A DNA stretch of 64,000 nucleotides. It comes from Armatimonadota bacterium (lineage in GTDB: Bacteria > Armatimonadota > UBA5829 > DTLH01). Within the stretch, counting starts at the first letter, position 1. The number at the start of each line of letters is the position of its first letter. A model generated the notes under the pieces. The model searched no databases. It was given only the letters and a program-made list of their open reading frames with translations, and was not told where the DNA came from. This document shows positions 1 through 9,418 of the stretch, in pieces. Location: NCBI GenBank assembly GCA_039679675.1, contig JBDKUN010000065.1:40830-104829 (forward strand). The letters run 5' to 3'. The position numbers and the translations under genes are program-made.

Positions 1-863
1 CCGATGTCGGGCCGAGAATTATCCGGTACGGGTTTATTGGTCAAGAAAACGAGCTTTATGAGTTTTCTGACCAAGCCGGAAAGACAGGCGGAGATGAGTT
101 CAGGCTGTACGGCGGGCACCGGCTTTGGCTTGCCCCCGAAAAGAAAGACCTTACCTACTTCCCGGATAACTCCACAGTAGATTACGAAACAGATAACGAC
201 ACGCTGAGGTTGATTCCGCGTATCGAGGACACTACAGGCGTTCAAAAAGAACTGCTTATTACCCTTAATCAGGATGACGGCAGCGTCAAAATGGTGCATA
301 AAGTTACCAACCGCTCCAGCCGCAGCATTGAGCTGGCTCCATGGTCTATCTCAATGATGGCGCCGGGCGGTTTCGGGATTATTCCGCAGGAGCCTTATTC
401 ACCGCATCCCGACATACCGGATTACCCCGGCCAGGTCATAGACACTAAATACTATCTGCCTGTCAGAACGATGGTGTTGTGGTCATATACCAATCTGAGC
501 GACCACCGGCTGCAGTTCATGCCTAAGTACATCACACTTAAGCAGGACAAAAACACCACACGACCGATCAAGCTAGGGCTGAGCAACTCACTGAAATGGG
601 CCGCATATGCCAGGAACAGACATTTGTTCATCAAGACGTTCCCATATGACTCGGAAGCAGCCTACCCGGACAACGGATGCAATTTCGAGATATTCACAGA
701 CAACAAATTTATGGAAATCGAGAGTCTTGGCGCGCTTGGAACATTACCTGCCGGTAAAAGCGTCATTCATGAGGAAGACTGGTTACTTTTTGATAATGTT
801 GATGTTGACCAGACAGAAGAAAGCATCGACGCGAGCGTGCTCCCTAAGGTTTTTGCTGATTAA
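1..863 (+). CDS. 5'-truncated conserved protein, galactose-mutarotase/aldose-epimerase-like fold (DUF4380-like)
   Basis: Frame is open from the window edge (DVGPRIIRYGF...YGGHRLWLAPE) through the 210..863 ORF; YPDNGCNFEIF and MEIESLG motifs. Confidence 0.6.
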   Translation, partial: DVGPRIIRYGFIGQENELYEFSDQAGKTGGDEFRLYGGHRLWLAPEKKDLTYFPDNSTVDYETDNDTLRLIPRIEDTTGVQKELLITLNQDDGSVKMVHKVTNRSSRSIELAPWSISMMAPGGFGIIPQEPYSPHPDIPDYPGQVIDTKYYLPVRTMVLWSYTNLSDHRLQFMPKYITLKQDKNTTRPIKLGLSNSLKWAAYARNRHLFIKTFPYDSEAAYPDNGCNFEIFTDNKFMEIESLGALGTLPAGKSVIHEEDWLLFDNVDVDQTEESIDASVLPKVFAD

Positions 864-964
864 TGAGAGCGAATGCTACAATAACTTAGTATTTAGGCGT
901 CTATTATCCATGGGCAAGATTCTGCCCTAACTTTGTCGTTGTTGAAAGGAGACGTGTACTGAGC

Positions 965-1966
965 ATGTCACGTAGAAATATTTACTCATATATACTGGCC
1001 TTCTTTTTTGTCGCGCTTTTCTTTGCGATATCTTCAACCTGCGCCCGATCTGCAGGGCTGATAGAGGACAAACAACCAACATGGTCGCCGGACGGCAAGA
1101 GGATTGCATTCGTCTCCAACAGGCTTCTGCCCGAAAATGCACCCGAAGGGTCTTCCAACATATGGGTGGCCGATGCCGACGGCAGCAATTTGCAGCAGAT
1201 CACGTATCAGGGAGCAAATCAGTTTCCGTCATGGTCACCGGACGGCAAAAAGATCATCTTCCAGAGCGGAAAGTCTATATGGCTGGTCGAGATCAGCACA
1301 AAACAGTTCACGCAGCTTACGAGTGGAGACAGAGGCTGGTATACCCCTGATTGGCATCCTAAAGACATAGGAAAAGTTATCTGTTCCTACCAGACACAGA
1401 TCAGCAGCGACAACGACCTCGCGGTTATAAACCCATTGACTATCCTTACACGCGAATCGGGCGCGCAGACTGTTCGTGACAGATACGGTGACGACAATAT
1501 GCCCCGCTGGTCAAAAGACGGCACGAAGATTGCGTTCATCGGCAAAACATCGGACCTATCTACCGGGACAGATAATTTCTACCTTATGACGATCAGCGCG
1601 GATGGGACAACACTAAAAACACACTGCAAACTCGACAAACCAAGCGGGCGCCCGTCCTGGTTCTATTCGGGTGACTCTGTTGTCCTCGATAACGGCGTAG
1701 TCTGTGACCTCGCCACCGGCAAGACGCACGATCTATTCGAAGATAAGATCAGTGACCCTGATCTATCCCCGGATGGCCGTATGGTAGCCTACAGCCAGAC
1801 TGTAGATGACGGTGGAAATTTTATATTCACCCGCAAATTGAGCGGTGAGGACAAAAAGCAGATAACAACAGTGCCGCCAGAGCCCGTCAAACCGGCTGAG
1901 CCAGCCAAACCTGCCGAGCCGTCTGTGAAGGACCAGCCTGAACCGGCTGTAAAAGATGCGAAGTAG
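965..1966 (+). CDS. Exported TolB-like/PD40 beta-propeller protein with Pro-Ala-Glu/Lys-rich tail
   Basis: Signal peptide; repeated PxWSPDGKxIxF motifs; AAGGAG upstream. Confidence 0.85.
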   Translation: MSRRNIYSYILAFFFVALFFAISSTCARSAGLIEDKQPTWSPDGKRIAFVSNRLLPENAPEGSSNIWVADADGSNLQQITYQGANQFPSWSPDGKKIIFQSGKSIWLVEISTKQFTQLTSGDRGWYTPDWHPKDIGKVICSYQTQISSDNDLAVINPLTILTRESGAQTVRDRYGDDNMPRWSKDGTKIAFIGKTSDLSTGTDNFYLMTISADGTTLKTHCKLDKPSGRPSWFYSGDSVVLDNGVVCDLATGKTHDLFEDKISDPDLSPDGRMVAYSQTVDDGGNFIFTRKLSGEDKKQITTVPPEPVKPAEPAKPAEPSVKDQPEPAVKDAK

Positions 1967-2055
1967 CTTTTAGTTTCAGAGTGTTGAATCGCGAGATGCG
2001 CGAAGAAGCACGAAAGACGCGAAAATGGGATTAGTGGAGACTCGTAGCTTCCTGA

Positions 2056-2100
2056 TGCTTCGGGACCGCAGTTCGTCCCGAAGCACGAATCTCCACCAAT
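2056..2100 (+). repeat. REP-like palindrome family A, copy 1
   Basis: TGCTTCGGGAC-cgcagttc-GTCCCGAAGCA (perfect 11-bp stem) plus tail cgaatctccaccaat; four copies in the window. Confidence 0.9.
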
Positions 2101-2157
2101 CTAAAAAAGTTGGCTTCTACCGCACCAAAGATTCCATCACAATCATTCACAAGACGC

Positions 2158-2367
2158 TTATCGTAGAATTCGCCAAATAATCTGTGCAATCCACCACCCA
2201 AAAATAACTGCACCCGCACTAATGATACCAACACCTATAGCTATGTATTTCGAGAAGCGTTTCTGCACAGATATTGAGATGTATCTAAGCAAAAAACAAG
2301 TTGCCCCAAAAACGCATATACATTGTATCAGTAATGCTACAATGATCCTAAAGACTGTATAAGTCAT
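2158..2367 (-). CDS. Small AT-rich 2-TM membrane protein (69 aa) between two family A repeats
   Basis: AAGGA RBS upstream; two hydrophobic helices. Confidence 0.6.
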   Translation of the reverse strand: MTYTVFRIIVALLIQCICVFGATCFLLRYISISVQKRFSKYIAIGVGIISAGAVIFGWWIAQIIWRILR

Positions 2368-2404
2368 AGTACGCTATCCTTTATCAACCTAATTCATTAA
2401 GGGT

Positions 2405-2449
2405 TGCTTCGGGACCGCAGTTCGTCCCGAAGCACAATTCTCCACCAAT
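2405..2449 (+). repeat. REP-like palindrome family A, copy 2 (abuts the deoB stop codon)
   Basis: Near-identical to 2056-2100. Confidence 0.9.
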
Positions 2450-3628
2450 TCACCCGTTCCCTATTTCCCGCAAAAAACTCTTTCCGTTTTTCATGTGCGG
2501 CAGGGAAAGGGCTTCGGCTATGGTTGCGGCAACATCCGAGAAAGTTTCCCTCACCCCCAGGTCGACACCTGCTTTAAGCCCTGGGCCAATTACGATAAGC
2601 GGGACATATTCCCGGCTGTGGTCGGTGCTCGGCGTAGTAGGATCGCAGCCATGGTCTGCTGTTATTATCAACAAATCCCCCATTTCGAGCGCAGTAAGCA
2701 GCCTCGGAATCTCCTGATCGAACGCTTCGAGCGCTGCTGCATATCCTTCGGGGTCATTTCTGTGGCCGTAGCGCATATCGAAATCGACAAGATTCGAGAA
2801 TATCAATGCGCCCTTTCGGGATTCAACCTCACGAATAGTCACTTCTGTGATCTCGGCATTTCCAGCAGCATGTATTGCACGGGTCACTCCACGGCCTGCA
2901 AAAATGTCCTCTATTTTTCCTATTGCAACTACTTCCCCACCCTTCTTCTCGACATAATCGAGAAGAGTCTCTTCCGGCGGGGCCAGCGAAAAATCCCTGC
3001 GGCGCGGTGTCCTCGTGAAGCTACCCGGCTCGCCGATAAAAGGCCTTGCTATGACCCTTGCAACGGCGTGGGGGCCGGAGAGAATGCGCCTGGCGGTCAT
3101 ACACCAGCGGTACAGCTCATTTACCGGCACGATGCCCTCATGCGCTGCAATCTGAAACACACTGTCTGCTGATGTATATACTATGGGACTTCCTGTTTTC
3201 AGATGTTCAGCACCCAACTGCTCGATTATCACTGTTCCAGAGGCCGGAATATTGCCGAGCGTCTTCCTGCCTATTTCTTTCTCGAACAGGCCGAGCACAT
3301 CCTGTGGAAAACCGTTCGGATAGACCGGAAACGGTTGGTGCGTAATGATCCCGGCCAGTTCCCAGTGACCGATAGTCGTGTCTTTCCCGGCGGAACGCTC
3401 TGCCATTTTACCATAGCAAGCCAGCGGATGAGGGACAGCGGGCACTCCGTCTATATTAATGATGTTACCGAGTCCCAACCGCTCAAGGTTCGGCAGGTTT
3501 AATCCTCCTACGGCTGACGCTATATGCCCGAGCGTATTGCTTCCGGCATCTCCATAGCTCGCGGCATCCGGCAGTTCCCCTACCCCGAGTGAATCTAGGA
3601 CGATGATTATAGCACGGGATATTTTCAT
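2450..3628 (-). CDS. deoB: Phosphopentomutase
   Basis: [38 protein letters not shown] and DHSREYVP motifs. Confidence 0.97.
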   Translation of the reverse strand: MKISRAIIIVLDSLGVGELPDAASYGDAGSNTLGHIASAVGGLNLPNLERLGLGNIINIDGVPAVPHPLACYGKMAERSAGKDTTIGHWELAGIITHQPFPVYPNGFPQDVLGLFEKEIGRKTLGNIPASGTVIIEQLGAEHLKTGSPIVYTSADSVFQIAAHEGIVPVNELYRWCMTARRILSGPHAVARVIARPFIGEPGSFTRTPRRRDFSLAPPEETLLDYVEKKGGEVVAIGKIEDIFAGRGVTRAIHAAGNAEITEVTIREVESRKGALIFSNLVDFDMRYGHRNDPEGYAAALEAFDQEIPRLLTALEMGDLLIITADHGCDPTTPSTDHSREYVPLIVIGPGLKAGVDLGVRETFSDVAATIAEALSLPHMKNGKSFLREIGNG

Positions 3629-3631
3629 AGA

Positions 3632-4522
3632 CTATGCCCTTGGGTGAGATTTTCTATATACTTCACGCAGGTGGTCGCGCGTGACATGGGTATAGACCTG
3701 CGTCGTTGCAATATCTGCATGCCCCAGCATCTCCTGTATCGACCTTATGTCCGCGCCGTGCTCCAGAAGATGCGTCGCAAATGAATGCCTGAGCACGTGA
3801 GGAGTTATTTGCTTGGTTATCCCTGCAGATTCCGCATGCTTTTTGACGATCTTCCAGAAGCTGACCCTTGTCATAGGACCGCCGAGGCGCGTAATAAACA
3901 AATACTCGTTCCTCCGGCCTTTTGCGAATACCGGTCGGCTCTCGTTCAGATAACGGCGGATCATCCCGACGGCTATATCGCCTATCGGCACGACACGCTC
4001 TTTGGAACCTTTTCCGACACATCTCACAAACCCTACACCCAGGTTCACATCGTTCGTGAGCAGGTTTACAAGCTCGGACACCCTGAGTCCCGTCGCGTAC
4101 ATCGTCTCAAGCATCGCCCGGTCTCTTATTCCGTTGGGCTCGGACAGGTCAGGCTGGTTTAGGAGCCTGACGATATCGTCTTCAGTGAGTATCTTCGGAA
4201 GCGGTTTTGCCGGCCGAGGGTTCTCGATAAAACCTGCGGGATCGCCTGAAATATCACCTTCGCGCTGAAGAAACTTGAGAAATGTTCTAAGAGCAGCGAA
4301 TTTTCTTTCCACGCTCGCTGCAGCATACTTCTCGCGACGGAGTCTTGCGATAAACTGAGTAATGAGCTCTTCACGAATGCCTTTGACCGTGTCTACACCC
4401 ATTTCGTCAGAATATGCGGCAAACTGGGCGATGTCCCGCGCATAGGAAGCTATGGTATTCTCCGAAAGGCCGCGCTCGACCATAAGATAATCGAGAAATT
4501 TCTGAATATGGGCGTCCATCAT
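3632..4522 (-). CDS. xerD: Site-specific tyrosine recombinase XerD
   Basis: RDRAMLETMYATGLRVSEL, GKGSKER, HVLRHSFATHLL, LGHADIATTQVY; conserved xerD-deoB synteny. Confidence 0.93.
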   Translation of the reverse strand: MMDAHIQKFLDYLMVERGLSENTIASYARDIAQFAAYSDEMGVDTVKGIREELITQFIARLRREKYAAASVERKFAALRTFLKFLQREGDISGDPAGFIENPRPAKPLPKILTEDDIVRLLNQPDLSEPNGIRDRAMLETMYATGLRVSELVNLLTNDVNLGVGFVRCVGKGSKERVVPIGDIAVGMIRRYLNESRPVFAKGRRNEYLFITRLGGPMTRVSFWKIVKKHAESAGITKQITPHVLRHSFATHLLEHGADIRSIQEMLGHADIATTQVYTHVTRDHLREVYRKSHPRA

Positions 4523-6156
4523 ATTTTCCGGTAGACCTTTATCGTCGGTGACATATACTTCAGGTCATGCGGCAGGTTTTCGGTCGGACCGAAGGAGATA
4601 TTGAAGGCTTTCAGATCTCTTTTGAATACTGCAACCTCTTTGTAAGACTTTTTCAAGCCTTCCAAAAACTTCATAGCGCTTGGAACCTGCAGCCGAACGG
4701 CATCTTCATACTCAAAATCGGTCATTACGATATATTCCGGCATTTCCTCATTCACAATCGACGGGTCCCATTCCCCGCCGGGACCGGGGTTGACCTTGAT
4801 ACTGTAGCGCGAGTTAAGCGTCCCCTGAAACCGGTCGCTCCGGTTTACAGCCGTAGAGTCCGGCGAGATCGGTGGAGTATAAAACCACGGCACAGTCGGA
4901 AGCCCGATTGCAGCTGACGGCTTTATATTATCACTGAACCACTGCGCAGCCTGTGTTCTCGTGTCCGGTGCCAGGAACAGCAGGTCGAAAGATATCGCAT
5001 AAATGCAGGTATAGCCTACTGCAGCAACGCATATACCGGCCCAGACCCACCTGAGCATCGCCGTCCCCTGCTCTTTCGCCACCTGGTAGACTTCCACTAT
5101 CATACGGCCGACGAGTACCGCAAGAGGCGGAAGTATCAGGATCATATAGCGGGCGAACCTTACTTCCGACATTGAGATCATCGCGTAGTAAGGAAGCACG
5201 AACGACAGTATAAGCCAATCAGCCGGTTTCCGGCGTACTACAGCCAGTGCGACTGCAGCAAGGACCACCACAAGCAGAAATACCCCAAGCCCATAACCGA
5301 GCGAGTTGGAAAGAATATCGAGCCAGCCGGGACCCTTCCCCACAAACACAAGCCCATGCCCGCTTCCCGCGTGCCTTAGCTCGTAAGTAAACCCTTCGAT
5401 GAACCGACCAGGACGAATAAGGACCGCCGGTGTAGAGATAAGAAATCCGGTCAGGAACGAGGGTGCTATCATCCAAAACCTAGAGTCTTTCAGCCGCTTC
5501 AGGACTGAGACCTTGCCTTCTCTCAAAAAATGAGCCAAGAGAACTGGGATCAGCACAACTCCCGCGTTATATTTGGTACCTGCGGCGATACCTGCCACGA
5601 TGCCTGCCGCAATGTACCATTTAGGAGCCGGTTTTGCGATAATCATCGCTGAAGCAAGTAACGTTACAGCTACCCAGAATGCGGCGGGGACATCTACCGT
5701 TGCAAAATGAGAGTGAACGATGTGAAGCGGAATGATGGCCATAATGACGGCAGCTAACACGCCTGCCGCACGTCCGTAAAGCCGGTTTGCGGCCCCGTAG
5801 ACGGCCAAAACGGTCAGCGTGCCGAGAATAACGACGGTAAGCCTGGCAATCAGATAGACACTGACAAGCGTTTTGTCTATCGTTACCCCGTAATACGGCG
5901 CGGTATGAACCGCAAGCGCGCCGAGGTTCATATATCCTGACGGATAATTATAGAAACCAGGGTCGAGCTGAAACGAAAATGGGTCGATCCTCAGCATAGC
6001 ACCGATCTGGAAGATTTCATCCGGATGGTATGTAAACTGATGAAAAGCGTCGGGCAAACCCCAGTGGATACCCCATATACGGAGTACAAACGCAGTGATC
6101 GTTATAAAAGTGACTGCAGCAGTCACCCATAGCTTTGCGGCAGGTTGTTTCTTCAT
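4519..6156 (-). CDS. GT-C fold membrane glycosyltransferase (PMT/ArnT, GT39/GT83-like)
   Basis: HPDE motif, many TM helices, ATVDVP, GTKY; start reassigned to MKKQ (TAATG coupling to the upstream stop). Confidence 0.85.
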   Translation of the reverse strand: MKKQPAAKLWVTAAVTFITITAFVLRIWGIHWGLPDAFHQFTYHPDEIFQIGAMLRIDPFSFQLDPGFYNYPSGYMNLGALAVHTAPYYGVTIDKTLVSVYLIARLTVVILGTLTVLAVYGAANRLYGRAAGVLAAVIMAIIPLHIVHSHFATVDVPAAFWVAVTLLASAMIIAKPAPKWYIAAGIVAGIAAGTKYNAGVVLIPVLLAHFLREGKVSVLKRLKDSRFWMIAPSFLTGFLISTPAVLIRPGRFIEGFTYELRHAGSGHGLVFVGKGPGWLDILSNSLGYGLGVFLLVVVLAAVALAVVRRKPADWLILSFVLPYYAMISMSEVRFARYMILILPPLAVLVGRMIVEVYQVAKEQGTAMLRWVWAGICVAAVGYTCIYAISFDLLFLAPDTRTQAAQWFSDNIKPSAAIGLPTVPWFYTPPISPDSTAVNRSDRFQGTLNSRYSIKVNPGPGGEWDPSIVNEEMPEYIVMTDFEYEDAVRLQVPSAMKFLEGLKKSYKEVAVFKRDLKAFNISFGPTENLPHDLKYMSPTIKVYRKI

Positions 6157-6776
6157 TAGTCCGGGCAACCTTCCTTTGCTGCTCGTGAGGTTTTCGACTT
6201 TTTCGGACACATCGTTAGCTGGATCAGGATAAATATGCCAACAGCCATCAGAACATCGCCAATGCTGAATATCCCCGAAAACACCTTTGAAAGCCCACAT
6301 GGAAGAGCATCCGTAATGAGTTTAGGCACCGGTATAGTATCTCCCAGGAAATTGAATTTTGACCAGGCGCTACCAGACATTACGATGTGTCTCATACCTT
6401 CTGACCGATTCAATACATCCGCCACTCCCGCTATGGCAGCGGCTTTTTCGGAAACAGGCATCTTTCCAGCGTTAAGCACTATCGGAAACAGGTTCAACAC
6501 CCATCCGGCCAGGAACCACTTCATCCCCGGCAGTTTTCTATTCGCCCAGAAAAATACAAGAAACGCAATGCTCGCGATTATGTGCAGCAGGCCGGTCAGA
6601 TGGGACCAGAGGATGGTTTTACCTAAATATTTCCCCAACACCATGGAAACGATGATAATGAACGCCGGGATAAAGACAAGCCACAGGCTTTTTATCTCCA
6701 GATCCGCAAGCCGCCGGAGCCGCCCGCGGCGTATGAGCGCTATTATAATCGAGAGAATACCGGCCTCAAACGCCAA
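6156..6776 (-). CDS. DUF5317-family membrane protein (putative aspartic peptidase)
   Basis: ALIRRGRL, NxGKMPVS, LGDTIP and FSIGD motifs; probable TTG start after AGGCAGGTG. Confidence 0.8.
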   Translation of the reverse strand: MAFEAGILSIIIALIRRGRLRRLADLEIKSLWLVFIPAFIIIVSMVLGKYLGKTILWSHLTGLLHIIASIAFLVFFWANRKLPGMKWFLAGWVLNLFPIVLNAGKMPVSEKAAAIAGVADVLNRSEGMRHIVMSGSAWSKFNFLGDTIPVPKLITDALPCGLSKVFSGIFSIGDVLMAVGIFILIQLTMCPKKSKTSRAAKEGCPD

Positions 6777-7464
6777 TTTCACACCTGCCTTCATTCTTTT
6801 CAAGGACTTTCAAAAATGCATCCACAACTGAAGGATCGTATTTATTACCGAAACCACTTTTTATCTGCAATATAGCCTCTTCCTTCGGCTGAGACTGATG
6901 ATATGGTCTGTCCGAAATGATGGCATCATAATCGGTAGTTACAGCAAGAATACGTGATGCAAGAGGTATATCCTCACCCGACAACCCATCAGGATAGCCG
7001 GTCCCATCCCAATGTTCGTGGTGATGAAGGATCGAATCCCTCAAAAATGAAAGCGACGGCACTGCCTGTACCATATCCGCACCGAGTGTCGAGTGACTCT
7101 TTACTTTCTCCCACTCAACAGGAGTCAGAGGCTCGCTCTTGTTGAGCAGCATTGCCGGAACATTCACCTTCCCGATGTCCCTCAAAAGCGCGGCATATTC
7201 TATCTCCAGCCGTTTATCTGTATCTATCCCCAGCTCATCCGCAACAGCAGTCGCATACTCGGCTACCCTCTTTGCATGGCCGATGGTACCAGAGTCCCTG
7301 GTTTCGACGGCAGCCGCAAGAGCATAAAGCGCCTTTTTGAAGGCTAACTCCATCTTGCGAGGTTGATAGAAGCTGGAATAATACCAACTTCCAAAGGTTA
7401 TGATCGCAGCAACAGCCACCGCGATTATAACCGGCGGTGTCCACTGGCTAGCCATTGCCTCCAA
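6766..7464 (-). CDS. Membrane-anchored HD-GYP domain protein, degenerate (RD replaces HD)
   Basis: N-terminal TM helix; GHAKRV, LRDIGK, HHEHWDGTGYP, DRPY. Confidence 0.85.
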   Translation of the reverse strand: MEAMASQWTPPVIIAVAVAAIITFGSWYYSSFYQPRKMELAFKKALYALAAAVETRDSGTIGHAKRVAEYATAVADELGIDTDKRLEIEYAALLRDIGKVNVPAMLLNKSEPLTPVEWEKVKSHSTLGADMVQAVPSLSFLRDSILHHHEHWDGTGYPDGLSGEDIPLASRILAVTTDYDAIISDRPYHQSQPKEEAILQIKSGFGNKYDPSVVDAFLKVLEKNEGRCEIGV

Positions 7465-8995
7465 CCCTTATCCCCTCCCTGTCGACCATCTTGAGAAATG
7501 CATGCACAACATCCGGTGAAAATTGCGATCCGGCGCCTCTTCTAAGCTCGTTGATCGCATCATCGACACTAAGCGGTTCTCGATATACTCTGCGTTTCGG
7601 AGCGCCGCAGACAGGGCATACTTCCGGGCGCTCGCCGTTTTCAGCCTTGAAACCGCATGCATCGCACTCCCAGTCCACGGACATCTCCCGGTCATCCGTC
7701 ATAGCATCGAATGCATCCGCAACAGCGATAATTGCGGCCTCCAGCGGAACTCCGCCGTTTTTCACTCCATCGTCAGGATAACCCGCACCATTTGCCCATT
7801 TGTGGTGATACTTTATCCAGTCTACTGTCTGGTTCAAAAAGTCGATATGCTCGACAATTTCTGCGCCTTTTACCGGATGCTCTTTGATCTTCGACCATTC
7901 CTCATCCGTCAGCTTTCCAACTTTGTCCAGGATTTCCTCAGATACTCCCACTTTTCCGATGTCATGCAGCAGCCCAGCATAAGGCATAAGCATAATCGTC
8001 TCGGTGGAAAGCCGGAGTTCTCTTGCAAGCCGCTCTGAAAGCTCAGCAACGCGCTTCAGGTGCCCTCTTGTATACGGATGGTAATGCTGCATATAGGTAC
8101 CTAATGTGGCGATAGTATCCATATACATTTTCTCTCGCTCGACAGCTCTCTGAACCGCGAGACGGAGTGAAAGAAACGGCCCAAGCGCAACTAATCCACT
8201 CAATATACCGACATGAAGATACAGATAGATCAAAAGGACCGTGACCGGCGGAAGCAGCAGATATTGGCTCCATGTCAGGCGGACGCTGCCCAGAAGCAAG
8301 ATTTTCAACCTCAGGACAAAGCTGTACCAATCACTGCCTTTTTTAGGCGATTGAGGCTCATTTACCAGAGCTGCAGCAGCGCACCGCGCTTCATCAACTA
8401 TAAAATATGTAATTATGCCGACTAAAAACGGCAGCGCGGCATGCAGGAAAAGCATGCTGTTTGAAGCGGACATAAAGTACCGCTGATCCAGAACATGCCC
8501 CCCTACGCATCTGTACGCAAGAGCTGCAAGTCCCACATTTATTACATCAAGCGCAGTATTGGCGATTATGATTTCAAGTGCCCAGAAAAACGGATAATTC
8601 GCTCTACCTTCCCAGGCACCCGCTAAAGTCCTGATAATACTGTGAAGGCGGGTCGTTCCGGTATCTGATTCATGGTTTTTCAGCCACCTGGCACACACCC
8701 ATCCGGTAATATTGACGACAGGTAAAGGAATTGCGGCGACGAGCATTGCGAGGACAGGTCCGAACAGCACCATTGCAGCCCAATGCATGGGAACGCTTAT
8801 CGTTACTTCTCCCAAGCCATGCGGCACTGTAATAGGAGTTAGCTCCGACCATATTGCAAGTATTGCAAAGGCTAATGCCCCTTTCCAGACACCTGCCTCA
8901 GGCGGAATCACCCATAGCATTACGACTGCTATAGCCACCGCGGTCACTATCGATCCGCGGTAAAATAGATGAAACGACCTCTTACTACTTGCCAT
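7448..8995 (-). CDS. Multi-TM sensor plus HD-GYP phosphodiesterase with inserted rubredoxin-like domain
   Basis: Multi-TM N-terminal region; LHDIGK, GAGYP, AVADAFDAM; CDAC...CPVC insert. Confidence 0.88.
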   Translation of the reverse strand: MASSKRSFHLFYRGSIVTAVAIAVVMLWVIPPEAGVWKGALAFAILAIWSELTPITVPHGLGEVTISVPMHWAAMVLFGPVLAMLVAAIPLPVVNITGWVCARWLKNHESDTGTTRLHSIIRTLAGAWEGRANYPFFWALEIIIANTALDVINVGLAALAYRCVGGHVLDQRYFMSASNSMLFLHAALPFLVGIITYFIVDEARCAAAALVNEPQSPKKGSDWYSFVLRLKILLLGSVRLTWSQYLLLPPVTVLLIYLYLHVGILSGLVALGPFLSLRLAVQRAVEREKMYMDTIATLGTYMQHYHPYTRGHLKRVAELSERLARELRLSTETIMLMPYAGLLHDIGKVGVSEEILDKVGKLTDEEWSKIKEHPVKGAEIVEHIDFLNQTVDWIKYHHKWANGAGYPDDGVKNGGVPLEAAIIAVADAFDAMTDDREMSVDWECDACGFKAENGERPEVCPVCGAPKRRVYREPLSVDDAINELRRGAGSQFSPDVVHAFLKMVDREGIRVGGNG

Positions 8996-9081
8996 TCAAA
9001 CCATGTGGGCTGTCTAGAGCTTAATTTCGATGCTAGAGCAATGGCTCTAGTCTATAGTATGCCATCTTTGAAGCGTAACCT

Positions 9082-9108
9082 CTATCGGTAAAGACGGCGA
9101 ATATTTTA
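9082..9108 (-). promoter_or_regulatory. Sigma-28 (FliA/SigD)-like promoter upstream of the HD-GYP operon
   Basis: Minus strand TAAA-N15-ACCGATAG versus consensus TAAA-N15-GCCGATAA. Confidence 0.55.
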
Positions 9109-9203
9109 GCATAATAATAAAATTATTGAGCCAACGGCAGCGACAGTTTTATTTCAGGAACTGCTGTGTACCTGCATACATCCATCAGTTCAATAATTGT
9201 AAA

Positions 9204-9290
9204 CTATGGTGGTGGCCACTGTCTCCATGTGGCTCCGCAGGTTGCAGCCAGTGTCGCCAATGCGATCAGTACCTTGAACAGGCGTTTCAT
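9204..9290 (-). CDS. Unannotated 28-aa signal-peptide-like precursor MKRLFKVLIALATLAATCGATWRQWPPP
   Basis: GAAAGGGG RBS before the ATG; basic n-region, hydrophobic h-region, Trp/Pro-rich tail; below the ORF-track size cutoff. Confidence 0.8.
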   Translation of the reverse strand: MKRLFKVLIALATLAATCGATWRQWPPP

Positions 9291-9347
9291 GTTTTTCAAC
9301 CCCTTTCGCGTGATACTACCCCTTACCGCTCAGATGGGGTGCATTCA

Positions 9348-9370
9348 TCGCTTCGCTCGGGTTGACTTTT
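9348..9370 (-). promoter_or_regulatory. Motif AAAAGTCA-N6-GCGAAGCGA, copy upstream of the peptide gene
   Basis: Identical bipartite motif at 10125-10147. Confidence 0.5.
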
Positions 9371-9418
9371 CCGCTCATTTTTGGATCTGCCGCTCGCGCC
9401 GTTGGCTCAATTTGAAAA

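Larger units (their letters stand above)
9125..9411. repeat. 14-bp perfect inverted repeat (9125-9138 and 9398-9411) enclosing the small peptide gene
   Basis: ATTGAGCCAACGGC ... GCCGTTGGCTCAAT. Confidence 0.85.

Noticed and set aside
1860..1960. PAE/PAK repeats at the end of the TolB-like protein
   Set aside because: Ordinary low-complexity linker or tail.
2056..2449. Family A repeats as a CRISPR array or integron attC sites served by the nearby recombinase
   Set aside because: Only two adjacent copies ~300 bp apart and no cas genes. No GTTRRRY cores are evident. The recombinase is a canonical XerD in xerD-deoB synteny without an IntI-type insertion.
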